This document shows positions 1 to 10,565 of a stretch of 64,000 nt of DNA, one piece after another. Position 1 is the stretch's first letter, and each line of letters starts with the position of its first letter. Location of the stretch: the NCBI GenBank assembly GCA_028826165.1, contig JAPDFW010000081.1, positions 930,001 through 994,000 on the forward strand. Reading direction: 5' to 3'. This stretch comes from Anaeramoeba ignava BMAN. Lineage: Eukaryota > Protista > Anaeramoebae. The position numbers were made by a program, and so were the translations under genes. The notes beneath the pieces are model-generated. The model had not been told where the DNA came from, did no database searches, and was given only the letters and a program-made list of their open reading frames with translations.

Positions 1-2538
1 GGCAAAGACTGTGATTGAGTATTCCACCCCACCAATAAGATCGGTGGCATTATAAGTGAGCGAATCAACAGACAAACACTCGGCGCCAAGTGACTCGTTG
101 TAGAGGAAATAGAAGGCGACGAGACCTTCGCCAAGAGTCAGGTTATTCCAAGAGCAGTTGAATCCGAGAATGGCTCGTTCGCATGTAAGTCCTGTGATTT
201 GTCCCATTTTCGCGGCGATTATTTCCGAATTGCTTTCAAGTCCCGCCTCGCTTTCGAGACAATCCGAGGTTGCACAATATCGTACTTTTACAGTGTAGTT
301 TACATTTCCTGGAATATTTGAAAGTGTGCAGTCATAATCACTGGGATGTGTAACACTTGAGAAGTTTTGCCATGTAGTACCATCATCAGTTGATACAATT
401 ACACCTTGTGCAGCTGTGTTATCTGTAACGGTGAGACTGAATTCCTCAACTCCTGAAGTCGGAGTGACAATAGTAGGTGCTTTGAGACTTGTTGTGACGG
501 TGACTGTTGAAATACTTCCACACAATCCCGATTGATCGCAAGCAGTCACATTGACTTCGTATTGGGCATTCTCAATGGTTGCAACGAAAACAATTTGTGT
601 GGATGATGATTCGTTGAAACCACTGTCGGTATCGCTGAGACAGTTGTATGTGAGGTTGTATTTGTCGAGAGTTTGTCCGCCAGTGATCGCATCAAATGTG
701 CAGGACACATTAACAGCTTGAATAATTTGGCAATCTAAATTTTGGACTGGACCGAAACGGGTGTAAATTGATGAGATGTTTGAAAGACCTTTTTCAGTAT
801 CTGTGCAGCCTTCTGTGGAGCAAGCCCAGACTTCGATTGTGTAATTAGAGTTTGGAACCAAGTATGTTAATGATGTTGAAGTTTGATCGTTTGTGACGTT
901 TACAATGGATGAATTTCCTGCGCCGTTATCATAGGAAACTTGGTAAGTATAGATGTCGGTTGATTGGTCCACATTCGGCATTGTCCAACTGACGTCAATT
1001 TGACTGTCTGATGGTGAGCTTAGTTGGAGATCGCCAGGCGCATCGATGTATGTTGTGATGTCCACTTGCGAAGAAGCAGTGCCATCGACGTTGGTTGTTG
1101 TGTTATACGCATAAATCTGGATCTGATAGTCGTAATTTCCAAAGATTCCTGAGTAGTTGACTGAGCTGAAGTTCTCATAGAAGACTGAACCGCCATCGTA
1201 GACGTTGATCACCTCTGTGTAAGTTCCATTGTAAGAAATCATAAAGGCAATATCTGATGCAGTGATGTTGTCCCATGAACAAGAGAAATTGGAATACGAA
1301 GGAGTGCAGCTGAGACCAGTAACTTGTGGTGGGATTACAAGTCCATCATATACAGCAACTAATCCGTCGGCGGAGTCTTGAGGAACCGCGCCAAATACCC
1401 AATTTCCTATCACAACCGCTCCGTATCCAAGTTTTCCTGTTGCGCCTAAAGTATAGTTTTTCAGTTGAGTCTCCTCGTTCCATTGGGTATTATAATAGTA
1501 GGTGAACAAACTTCCTTGTGAACTGTTGTATCCAGGTCCTCCGATTGCCATTATATCCCCCGAAATTGCCAAACTCGATCCGAAATACAAGTATTCCTCA
1601 CTTTCTACAGGTCCTAATTCCTGCACACTGCTCCATGTCTCTGCGCTGAATCCCAAAACAAGCACTTTTCCTGCTCCAAGAAGTGAAGCTGTTGTGTTTT
1701 CATAGAACGGTGCTCCGACAATAACATTTGTGCCGTCAATCGCGACAGTTGCTCCAAAAGTGTCATTTGCTTTTCCGTTAGGATCGATAAAACTCTGGTT
1801 AACTGACCATGAGGAATCGAAGTAGTAAAACTGCACAGAACCTTGATCCGCAGCTGAGCCAGGATCGTATCCGGGAACTCCAACAACCGCCCAAGTGTCT
1901 GTTATCGCAACGCTGAATCCGAACCTTGAGTTATCATTGCTCTCATTTGTCCAGTACTCCAACTCTTCATAAGTGCCCGAATTGTTGTAAATCACAGCGA
2001 CTTGTCCTTGAGTTGTATATGTGAGATTTTTGGTTGGAATTCCGACAAGAGCATAATCTTTTCCCATTGCAACGCTCAATCCAAATTGTTCCAAAGTGGC
2101 TCCATTTGGATCAGCATATCTTTGAACAAAAGCCCAACCGCTAACGGTTTTATTAAAGAACTCAACATGTCCTTGTGACACATTTACACCTTCCGTTGAT
2201 CCTGGTGCTCCCACAATCATATCAATTCCGTAAACGGAAACACTTGATCCAAATCTATCTCCTGCAACAGGCGAATCAGAAACTAATTTTTGACTGAATT
2301 CCCATGTGTCTCCGTTCAGATCGTAAATGTAAACACTTCCTTCTAATGATGATTCTGATGGTGCTCCAACTATTAATTGATCTCCTGCTGCTGTTATACT
2401 GCTTCCAAATAATCCTGATGTTGAATTCGTTAATGTTGCTTCTTGTGTCCATTCAAATACTGCTCCAAGTGTTGTTGTAAATAACGCACACACAACAAAG
2501 AATGCTAAAAAATATTTTGTTTGAATTGTTTGTTTCAT
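1..2538 (-). CDS. Secreted/surface protein: signal peptide, ~7 FG-GAP repeats (beta-propeller), >=5 FN3-like domains; 3' end runs off the window
   Basis: Manual translation from ATG 2538: MKQTIQTKYFLAFFVVCALFTTTLGA, then repeats LFGSSITAAGDQLIVGAP, RFGSSVSVYGIDMIVGAP, QFGLSVAMGKDYALVGIP, RFGFSVAITDTWAVVGVP, TFGATVAIDGTNVIVGAP, YFGSSLAISGDIMAIGGP; FN3 motifs such as IDVSWTMP...YQVSY...LVPNSNYTIEVWAC. No intron or stop seen before the window edge, which is why it is absent from the ORF track. Confidence 0.85.
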   Translation of the reverse strand, partial: MKQTIQTKYFLAFFVVCALFTTTLGAVFEWTQEATLTNSTSGLFGSSITAAGDQLIVGAPSESSLEGSVYIYDLNGDTWEFSQKLVSDSPVAGDRFGSSVSVYGIDMIVGAPGSTEGVNVSQGHVEFFNKTVSGWAFVQRYADPNGATLEQFGLSVAMGKDYALVGIPTKNLTYTTQGQVAVIYNNSGTYEELEYWTNESNDNSRFGFSVAITDTWAVVGVPGYDPGSAADQGSVQFYYFDSSWSVNQSFIDPNGKANDTFGATVAIDGTNVIVGAPFYENTTASLLGAGKVLVLGFSAETWSSVQELGPVESEEYLYFGSSLAISGDIMAIGGPGYNSSQGSLFTYYYNTQWNEETQLKNYTLGATGKLGYGAVVIGNWVFGAVPQDSADGLVAVYDGLVIPPQVTGLSCTPSYSNFSCSWDNITASDIAFMISYNGTYTEVINVYDGGSVFYENFSSVNYSGIFGNYDYQIQIYAYNTTTNVDGTASSQVDITTYIDAPGDLQLSSPSDSQIDVSWTMPNVDQSTDIYTYQVSYDNGAGNSSIVNVTNDQTSTSLTYLVPNSNYTIEVWACSTEGCTDTEKGLSNISSIYTRFGPVQNLDCQIIQAVNVSCTFDAITGGQTLDKYNLTYNCLSDTDSGFNESSSTQIVFVATIENAQYEVNVTACDQSGLCGSISTVTVTTSLKAPTIVTPTSGVEEFSLTVTDNTAAQGVIVSTDDGTTWQNFSSVTHPSDYDCTLSNIPGNVNYTVKVRYCATSDCLESEAGLESNSEIIAAKMGQITGLTCERAILGFNCSWNNLTLGEGLVAFYFLYNESLGAECLSVDSLTYNATDLIGGVEYSITVFA

Positions 2539-2725
2539 TTAAAAAAAAAATTAAAAAAAAATAAAAAATGAAAAAAAAAAATTAAAAAAAATTAAATTAA
2601 ATTAAAGTGGTGAATTGAACTTTTTTGCTTTTTTTTTTTTAATTACTAATTATTCTCTTTTTTTTACTAATTTTTATTTTTATTTTTTTCTTTTTTCTTT
2701 TTTCATTTTTTTAATAATAATAATA

Positions 2726-5700
2726 ATGAATTTATTAAATCAAAATAATTCAATTACTTTTGGTGTTTCAACAATTTCTTTTCGAAGTCTTTGGCCTTTA
2801 AGTAATTATTTTGATTTAAATAATATAAATGAATATCAAACTCATTCTCCTCTTGGTCCTGATATTGTTCTTTGGGATATTCTCAATCAATCTCGCTCAA
2901 CAATTCTTCATTCAAATGATCAAGCTTGTTTTTGTTCTGCAGTTTCTCCTAATAATATTTTATTTGCTACAAGTTATTTTGGTGGAAATATTTTTATTTG
3001 GAAAAAATATTCAAAATTATTTGAATTAAAAGTTGAAAAGGATTATGTTATTGAACTTGGCTTTTCAAATGATTCTTCAAAACTTTTTGCTTGTACTAGA
3101 AATCGTCGAATCCCTAATCAACACCAGTTTTCTATTATTTATGTTTGGGATATTGATATTGAATCACAAAATTATAATTTGATTTATAAATTTACTGGTG
3201 ATCCAGTTACTGCTTGTTTTATTGATTCTTCTCATCTTTTTATTGGTGAATTTTGGAATAAAAAAAATAAATTATATATTGTTGATGTTTTAACTGGAAA
3301 AAAAACTTTCAAATTCAATTCAAAATGGAAAAATTATTCAGAAATAATGTGTTGTGATTTTTATTATCAAGAAAAAGTTTTAGCTATTGGTTTTTATAAT
3401 GGTGCTGTTATTTTATTTTTTCTAAATCAAAATCTAAATGAAAATCAAAATCAAAATCAAATTCAAAATCAAAATCAAAATGAAAATCAAAATGAAAATC
3501 AAATTGAAAATCAAAATCAAAATGAAAATTCAAAATCAAAATCAAAATCAAAATCAAATTCAAAATCAAAATCAAAATCAAAATCAAAATCAAAATCAAA
3601 TTCAAATTCAAAATCAAAATCAAAATCAAAATCAAAATCAAAATCAAATTCAAAATCAAATTGAAAATGAAAATGAAAATCAAAATCAAAATCAAAATCA
3701 AAAAATCAAAATCAAAATCAAAATCAAATTGAAAATGAAAATGAAAATCAAAATGAAAATGAAAATCAAAATCAAAATCAAAATCAAAATCAAAATCAAA
3801 ATCAAAATCAAAATCAAAATCAAAATCAAAATCAAAATCAAAATCAAAATCAAAATCAAAATCAAAATCAAAATCAAAATCAAAATCAAAATCAAAATCA
3901 AAATCAAAATCAAAATCAAAATCAAAATCAAAATCAAAATCAAATTCAAAATCAAAATCAAAATCAAAATCAAAATCAAATTGAAAATCAAATTCAAAAT
4001 CAAAATCAAAATCAAAATCAAAATCAAAATCAAAATCAAAATCAAAATCAAAATCAAAATCAAAATCAAAATCAAAATCAAAATCAAAATCAAAATCAAA
4101 ATCAAAATCAAAATCAAAATCAAAATCAAAATCAAAATCAAAATCAAAATCAAAATCAAAATCAAAATCAAAATAAAAATCAAATTCAAAATCAAAATCA
4201 AATTGAAAATCAAAATCAAAATCAAAATCAAAATCAAAATCAAAATAAAATTGAAAATCAAAATCAAAATCAAATTGAAAATCAAATTGAAAATCAAATT
4301 GAAAATCAAATTGAAAATCAAAATAAAAATAAAAATCAAATTGAAAATCAAAATCAAAATCAAAATGAAAATCAAAATCAAATTGAAAATCAAATTGAAA
4401 ATCAAAATCAAAATCAAAATCAAAATCAAATCGAAAATCAAAATGAAAATAAAAATTGAAAATGGTGAATTTTATCATTTGATTCAATCTCGAAAAATGG
4501 GTCCTATAAGAACATTAGTTTTTTCTAAATCAGGATTACTTTTTCTTCCAGCTGATCGTGGAAATTGTCTTGTTTATCATATTCATAATTTTTCTTGTAA
4601 TTATATTGATAAATACCAAGGTCCTCAAAATGGTGAAATTCGTGTACTTTTCCCAAGTTTATCAGGAAAAAATATTTGGATTAGTAATGAAAATGGACTT
4701 TATTTTATTAATATTTTTGATCAAATTGAATCAAATTTAAATTTATTAAATATCAATAATTCAAAACTTTTCCAAATATCTTTTCACACTCTTTCTTGTT
4801 GTGGACTTGCTTGTGATTCTGATTCTGAATTAATTTATTCAGGTGATCTTGCTGGAAATGTTTTTGTTTGGAATCCAAATAAATCACTTCTTCCACAATT
4901 TTCCAAAAAAATACAAGATACAAGTATAAGATGTATTTGTCTTTCAGAAAATAATTCAAAACTTGTTATTGGAACAATCGAAGGAATTATTTGGTATTGG
5001 AATTTAAAATTAAATCAAATTTCAAAACTTTTTTCATTAAAATGTCCAATTAATTGTATTAAATCATTTCATTTTTCAAATGAAGAATATATTTGTTGTG
5101 GAGATTTAACTGGAAATTTAATTTTTTGGAAAACTTCACAAATTAAACCTCAATCTTTTCAAATTCACAATACAGAAATTTGGAATTTAAGTTTTTCACC
5201 TTCAAATAAATTTATAATTACAGCAAGTGAAGATCAAACTTCAAAAATTTCTCAATTAAATTATCAATTCTTTTCAAATTCAAATTCAAATTCAAATTTA
5301 AAATCAAATTCAAAATCAAAATTTATTGAAAATATTCAAACATTAACAGGACATACAGCAGCTGTAACTTCATGTGATTGGGGAAATAATCAAAAAATCG
5401 AAATAGTTGCAACATGTTCTGATGATGCAACTATTAGACTTTATTCAGTTAAATATTCAAATTCCAATATTCCCACATTAGAACTTTCACAAATAATTTC
5501 AACAAATACTTTATATATTACTTATCTTAAATTTGATGAAATGATGCAAAATATAGTTGTTACAACAGAAGACGGATTTGTTGTTGCTTTTGAAATGGAA
5601 AACAAAAAAGAAATACTTCGAAAAAGATTTCATGGAGGAAGTGTTGAAGGACTTATTTATAATCCAAAAAATAAAAATTGGATTAGTTGTGGTTCTGATT

Positions 5701-5732
5701 GCACAGTTCATTTATTTTCAATCCAAAAATAA
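2726..5732 (+). CDS. WD40-repeat protein, copy 1 (probable double propeller, poly-NQ linker; frame breaks inside the microsatellite)
   Basis: ORFs 2615..3664 and 3438..5732 join through the (AAAATC)n tract. WD motifs IVLWD, IYVWD, GDLAGNVFVWN, HNTEIWNLSFSP...TASEDQTSKI, GHTAAVTSCDW...TCSDDATIRLY. Near-identical to 5952..8517. Confidence 0.85.
3424..4460. repeat. ~1 kb (AAAATC)n hexamer microsatellite inside the WD40 coding region
   Basis: Visible directly; no AG acceptor at its 3' end; the equivalent tract in copy 2 reads in frame as (NQ)n. Confidence 0.95.
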
Positions 5733-5951
5733 TAAAAACAAATAGATATTATTTAAATTCTTTTTACTCAAATTCTTTAAAATTTAAGTATTATTTTTTT
5801 TTTGATTTTGCAAAGATTACAATCGAATTTCATTTTTTTGAGAGGAACACATAAATAAAAAAATTTTTTTTGTCCAATTTTTAAACAAAATTTTTTACTA
5901 AATTTTTATTCATTTTTCTTTTTTTCTTTTTTCATTTTTTTAATAATAATA

Positions 5952-8517
5952 ATGAATTTATTAAATCAAAATAATTCAATTACTTTTGGTGTTTCAACAA
6001 ACTTATTTCGAAGTCTTTGGCCTTTAAGTAATTATTTTGATTCAAATAATATAAATGAATATCAAACTCATTCTCCTCTTGGTTCTAATATTGTTCTTTG
6101 GGATATTCTCAATCAATCATGTTCAACAATTCTTCATTCAAACGATCAAGCCTGCCTTTGTTCTACAGTTTCTCCTAATAATGTTTTATTTGCTACAAGT
6201 TATTTTGGTGGAAATATTTTTATTTGGAAAAAATATTCAAAATTATTTGAATTAAAAGTTGAAAAGGATTATGTTATTGAACTTGGTTTTTCAAATGATT
6301 CTTCAAAACTTTTTGCTTGCACTAGAAATCATGAAATATTTGATCAACATCAATCATCAACTATTTATGTTTGGGATATTGATATTGAATCACAAAATTA
6401 TAATTTGATTTATAAATTTACTGGTGATCCAGTTACTGCTTGTTTTGTTGATTCTTCTCATCTTTTTATTGGTGAATTTTGGAATAAAAAAAATAAATTA
6501 TATATTGTTGATATTTTAACTGGAAAAAAAACTTTTAAATTCAATTCAAAATGGAAAAATTATTCAGAAATAATGTGTTGTGATTTTTATTATCAAGAAA
6601 AAGTTTTAGCTATTGGCTTTTATAATGGTGTTGTTATTTTATTTTTTCTAAATCAAAATTTAAATGAAAATCAAAATCAAAATCAAAATCAAAATCAAAA
6701 TCAAAATCAAAATCAAAATCAAATCGAAAATCAAAATCAAATTCAAAATCAAAATCAAATTCAAAATCAAAATCAAAATCAAATTCAAAATCAAAATCAA
6801 ATTCAAAATCAAAATCAAAATCAAAATCAAATTGAAAATCAAATTGAAAATCAAAATCAAAATCAAAATCAAAATCAAAATCAAAATCAAAATCAAAATC
6901 AAAATCAAAATCAAAATCAAAATCAAAATCAAAATCAAAATCAAAATCAAAATCAAAATCAAAATCAAAATCAAATTCAAAATCAAAATCAAAATCAAAA
7001 TCAAAATCAAAATCAAAATCAAAATCAAAATCAAAATCAAAATCAAAATCAAAATAAAAATAAAAATCAAAATGAAAATAAAAATCAAAATCAAATTCAA
7101 AATCAAAATCAAAATCAAAATCAAAATCAAAATCAAATTCAAAATCAAATTGAAAATCAAATTCAAAATCAAAATCAAATTCAAATTGAAAATCAAAATC
7201 AAAATCAAAATCAAAATCAAAATGAAAATCAAAATAAAATTGAAAATGGTGAATTTTATCATTTGATTCAATCTCGAAAAACAGCTCCTATTCAAACATT
7301 AATTTTTTCTAAATCAGGATTACTTTTTCTTCCAACTAATAATGGAAATTGTCTTGTTTATCATATTCATAATTTTTCTTGTAATTATATTGATAAATAC
7401 CAAGGTCCTCAAAATGGTGAAATTAGTGTACTTTTCCCAAGTTTATCAGGAAAAAATATTTGGATTAGTAATGAAAATGGACTTTATTTTATTAATATTT
7501 TTGATCAAATTGAATCAAATTTAAATTTATTAAATATCAATAATTCAAAACTTTTCCAAATATCTTTTCACACCCTTTCTTGTTGTGGACTTGCTTGTGA
7601 TTCTGATTCTGAATTAATTTATTCAGGTGATCTTGCTGGAAATGTTTTTGTTTGGAATCCAAATAAATCACTTCTTCCACAATTTTCCAAAAAAATACAA
7701 GATACAAGTATAAGATGTATTTGTCTTTCAGAAAATAATTCAAAACTTGTTATTGGAACAATCGAAGGAATTATTTGGTATTGGAATTTAAAGTTAAATC
7801 AAATTTCAAAACTTTTTTCATTAAAATGTCCAATTAATTGTATTAAATCATTTCATTTTTCAAATGAAGAATATATTTGTTGTGGAGATTTAACTGGAAA
7901 TTTAATTTTTTGGAAAACTTCACAAATCAAACCTCAATCTTTTCCAAATTCACAATACAGAAATTTGGAATTTAAGTTTTTCACCTTCAAATAAATTTAT
8001 AATTACAGCAAGTGAAGATCAAACTTCAAAAATTTCTCAATTAAATTATCAATTCTTTTCAAATTCAAATTCAAATTTAAAATCAAATTCAAAATCAAAT
8101 TCAAAATTTATTGAAAATATTCAAACATTAACAGGACATACAGCAGCTGTAACTTCATGTGATTGGGGAAATAATCAAAAAATCGAAATAGTTGCAACAT
8201 GTTCTGATGATGCAACAATTAGACTTTATTCAGTTAAATATTCAAATTCCAATATTCCCACATTAGAACTTTCACAAATAATTTCAACAAATACTTTATA
8301 TATTACTTATCTTAAATTTGATGAAATGATGCAAAATATAGTTGTTACAACATGGGATGGACTTGTTGTTGCTTTTGAAATGGAAAACAAAAAAGAAATA
8401 CTTCGAAAAAGATTTCATGGAGGAAGTGTTGAAGGACTTATTTATAATCCAAAAAATAAAAATTGGATTAGTTGTGGTTCTGATTGCACAGTTCATTTAT
8501 TTTCAATCCAAAAATAA
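5952..8517 (+). CDS. WD40-repeat protein, copy 2 (tandem duplicate; one extra C near 7943 breaks the frame)
   Basis: ORFs 5952..7994 and 8326..8517; aligns end-to-end with copy 1; TCTTTTCCAAATT here versus TCTTTTCAAATT in copy 1. Confidence 0.85.
6650..7240. repeat. ~0.6 kb (AAAATC)n coding microsatellite (poly-NQ)
   Basis: In frame in ORF 5952..7994. Confidence 0.95.
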
Positions 8518-8579
8518 TAAAAACAAATATTATTTTTTTTTCATTTTTTCTTTCTTTCATTTTTTCTTTCTTTTTTCAA

Positions 8580-10387
8580 ATGTTCAAACAAGATAAAAAT
8601 AAAAATAAAAATAAAAACAAACCAGAAAAACAAATTTATGCACAAATGCCAAGTTTCCCATTAGATTATGATCAACAATACCTAACAATTCATAAAGGTA
8701 AATTTTTTTTTTTGAATATTTCAATTTTAAATAAAAACAAAAACAAAAACAAAAATAAAATATAAAATAAAAGATAAAGAAGTCGAACCTTCTAAAGGAA
8801 TGCTTTCAGATATTGGGAATGCTTTTAAAAAGGCAAAGAAACAAACAACCAATCTTGTTAAAGAAATCAAGAAAGGAACATATGATCTTTCTTCAAAACC
8901 AGGAGATCTTTTAGAACTTTTTCCACTTCCAAAAAATGAAGTTGAAATTGATGATTTTAAAGCATATGCTTATCATAGAACCCAAACATTTTCTGGTTGG
9001 CTTTATATTTCTTCCAATTATTGCTGTTTTATTGCTCCTATAAAAGGTGGAAAAATTAAAGTGATTATTCCTTTGAGTGATATTGCTTTTATGAATGAAG
9101 CTTCATATGTTGAGGTTATTAACACAATTCCTAAATCTTATGCAGTTGTTCCTTTGGATCCTTTTAATACAATTCGTTCAGCAATTCTTTTAACTTGTCA
9201 TAGCGGATTTACTCATCAAGTTAAATTTTATTTTAATATTTATTTTAATATTTAATTATTTAATTTAATATTTATTTTAATATTTAATTTAATATTTATT
9301 TCAATATTTATTTTAATATTTAATTTAATATTTATTTTAATATTTAATTTAATATTTAATTTAATATTTAATTTAATATTTAATTTAATATTTAATTTAA
9401 TATTTAATTTAATATTTAATTTAATATTTAATTTAATATTTAATTTAATATTTAATTTAATATTTAATATTTAATTTATTTTTGGATTTTATTTTTTAAA
9501 TTTTTTCGATTTATTTAATATTTAATTTAATTTGGTCAATTTAATTTAATATTTCATCTTATTTATTTAAAAGTATTTCAAAAATTAGGAATCATTTATT
9601 TTAATTTGATTCAAACAGGTTTTATTTTAATCAACAACAATTTTTAATATTTATTTTAATATTTATTTTTGGATTTTAGTTTTTTAAATTTTCGAATTAT
9701 GAGAAAGTTTGGTCAACTCTATTCCATCTTCTTCAAAGTGTTCAAAAAATTAGGAATCAATTAATGATTCAAACAGGTTTTCAGCAATTTAATCAACAAC
9801 AACAACAACAACAATTTAACCAACAACAATTTAATCAACAACAATCTAATAAACAACAACAACAACCTAATCAACAGCAATCTAATCAACATCAACAATT
9901 TAATCAACAACAACAATTTAATCAACAACAATTTAATCAACAACAACAATTTAATCAACAACAGCAATTTAATCAACAACAATTTAACCAACAACAACTT
10001 AACCCACAACAAATGCAACAGATGTATCAAATGTATCAACTTCAACAAAATCAAATGAATCCAAAACAACAACCAATTCAACAATTAAATCAACAACAAA
10101 TGCAACAAATGTATCAGATGTTTCAAACATTCCAAAATCAAAATCAAATCCAAAATCAAAATCAAAATCAAAATCAAAATCAAAATCAAAATCAAAATCA
10201 AAATCAAAATCAAAATCAAAATCAAAATCAAAATCAAAATCAAAATCAAAATCAAAATCAAAATCAAAATCAAAATCAAAATCAAAATCAAAATCAAAAT
10301 CAAAATCAAAATCAAATTCAAAATCAAAACTTTTCACCTCAACAAGCTTTTCATTTATCAACAACATCATCTGATGATGAACTTTAA
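8580..10387 (+). CDS. GRAM-domain protein with Q/N-rich C-terminus (3 exons)
   Basis: ATG 8580; GRAM-like FPLPKNEVEIDDFKAY...GWLYISSNYCCF...KVIIPLSDI; intron 9220..9679 (CAA|gttaaa...ttttag) puts exon 3 in frame with ORF 9764..10387. Confidence 0.75.
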
Positions 10388-10565
10388 CTCAATTTTTATT
10401 TTCATTCTTTTTCAAATTTATCTTCATCCTTTTCATTTTCATTCTTTTTCAAATTTATTTTCATTCTTTTTCAAATTTATTTTCATCTCAAACAATTAAA
10501 ATGAAAAATGAAAAAAATTAAAACAATATTTATTTATTTATTTATTTAATTAATTAATTAATTAA

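Noticed and set aside
1502-1886. Short ORFs 1502..1705 (+) and 1614..1886 (-)
   Set aside because: Shadow frames of the long FG-GAP/FN3 gene.
10373-10387. C-terminal DDEL of the GRAM protein as an ER-retention signal
   Set aside because: No signal peptide or TM segment is seen, so the protein appears cytosolic.
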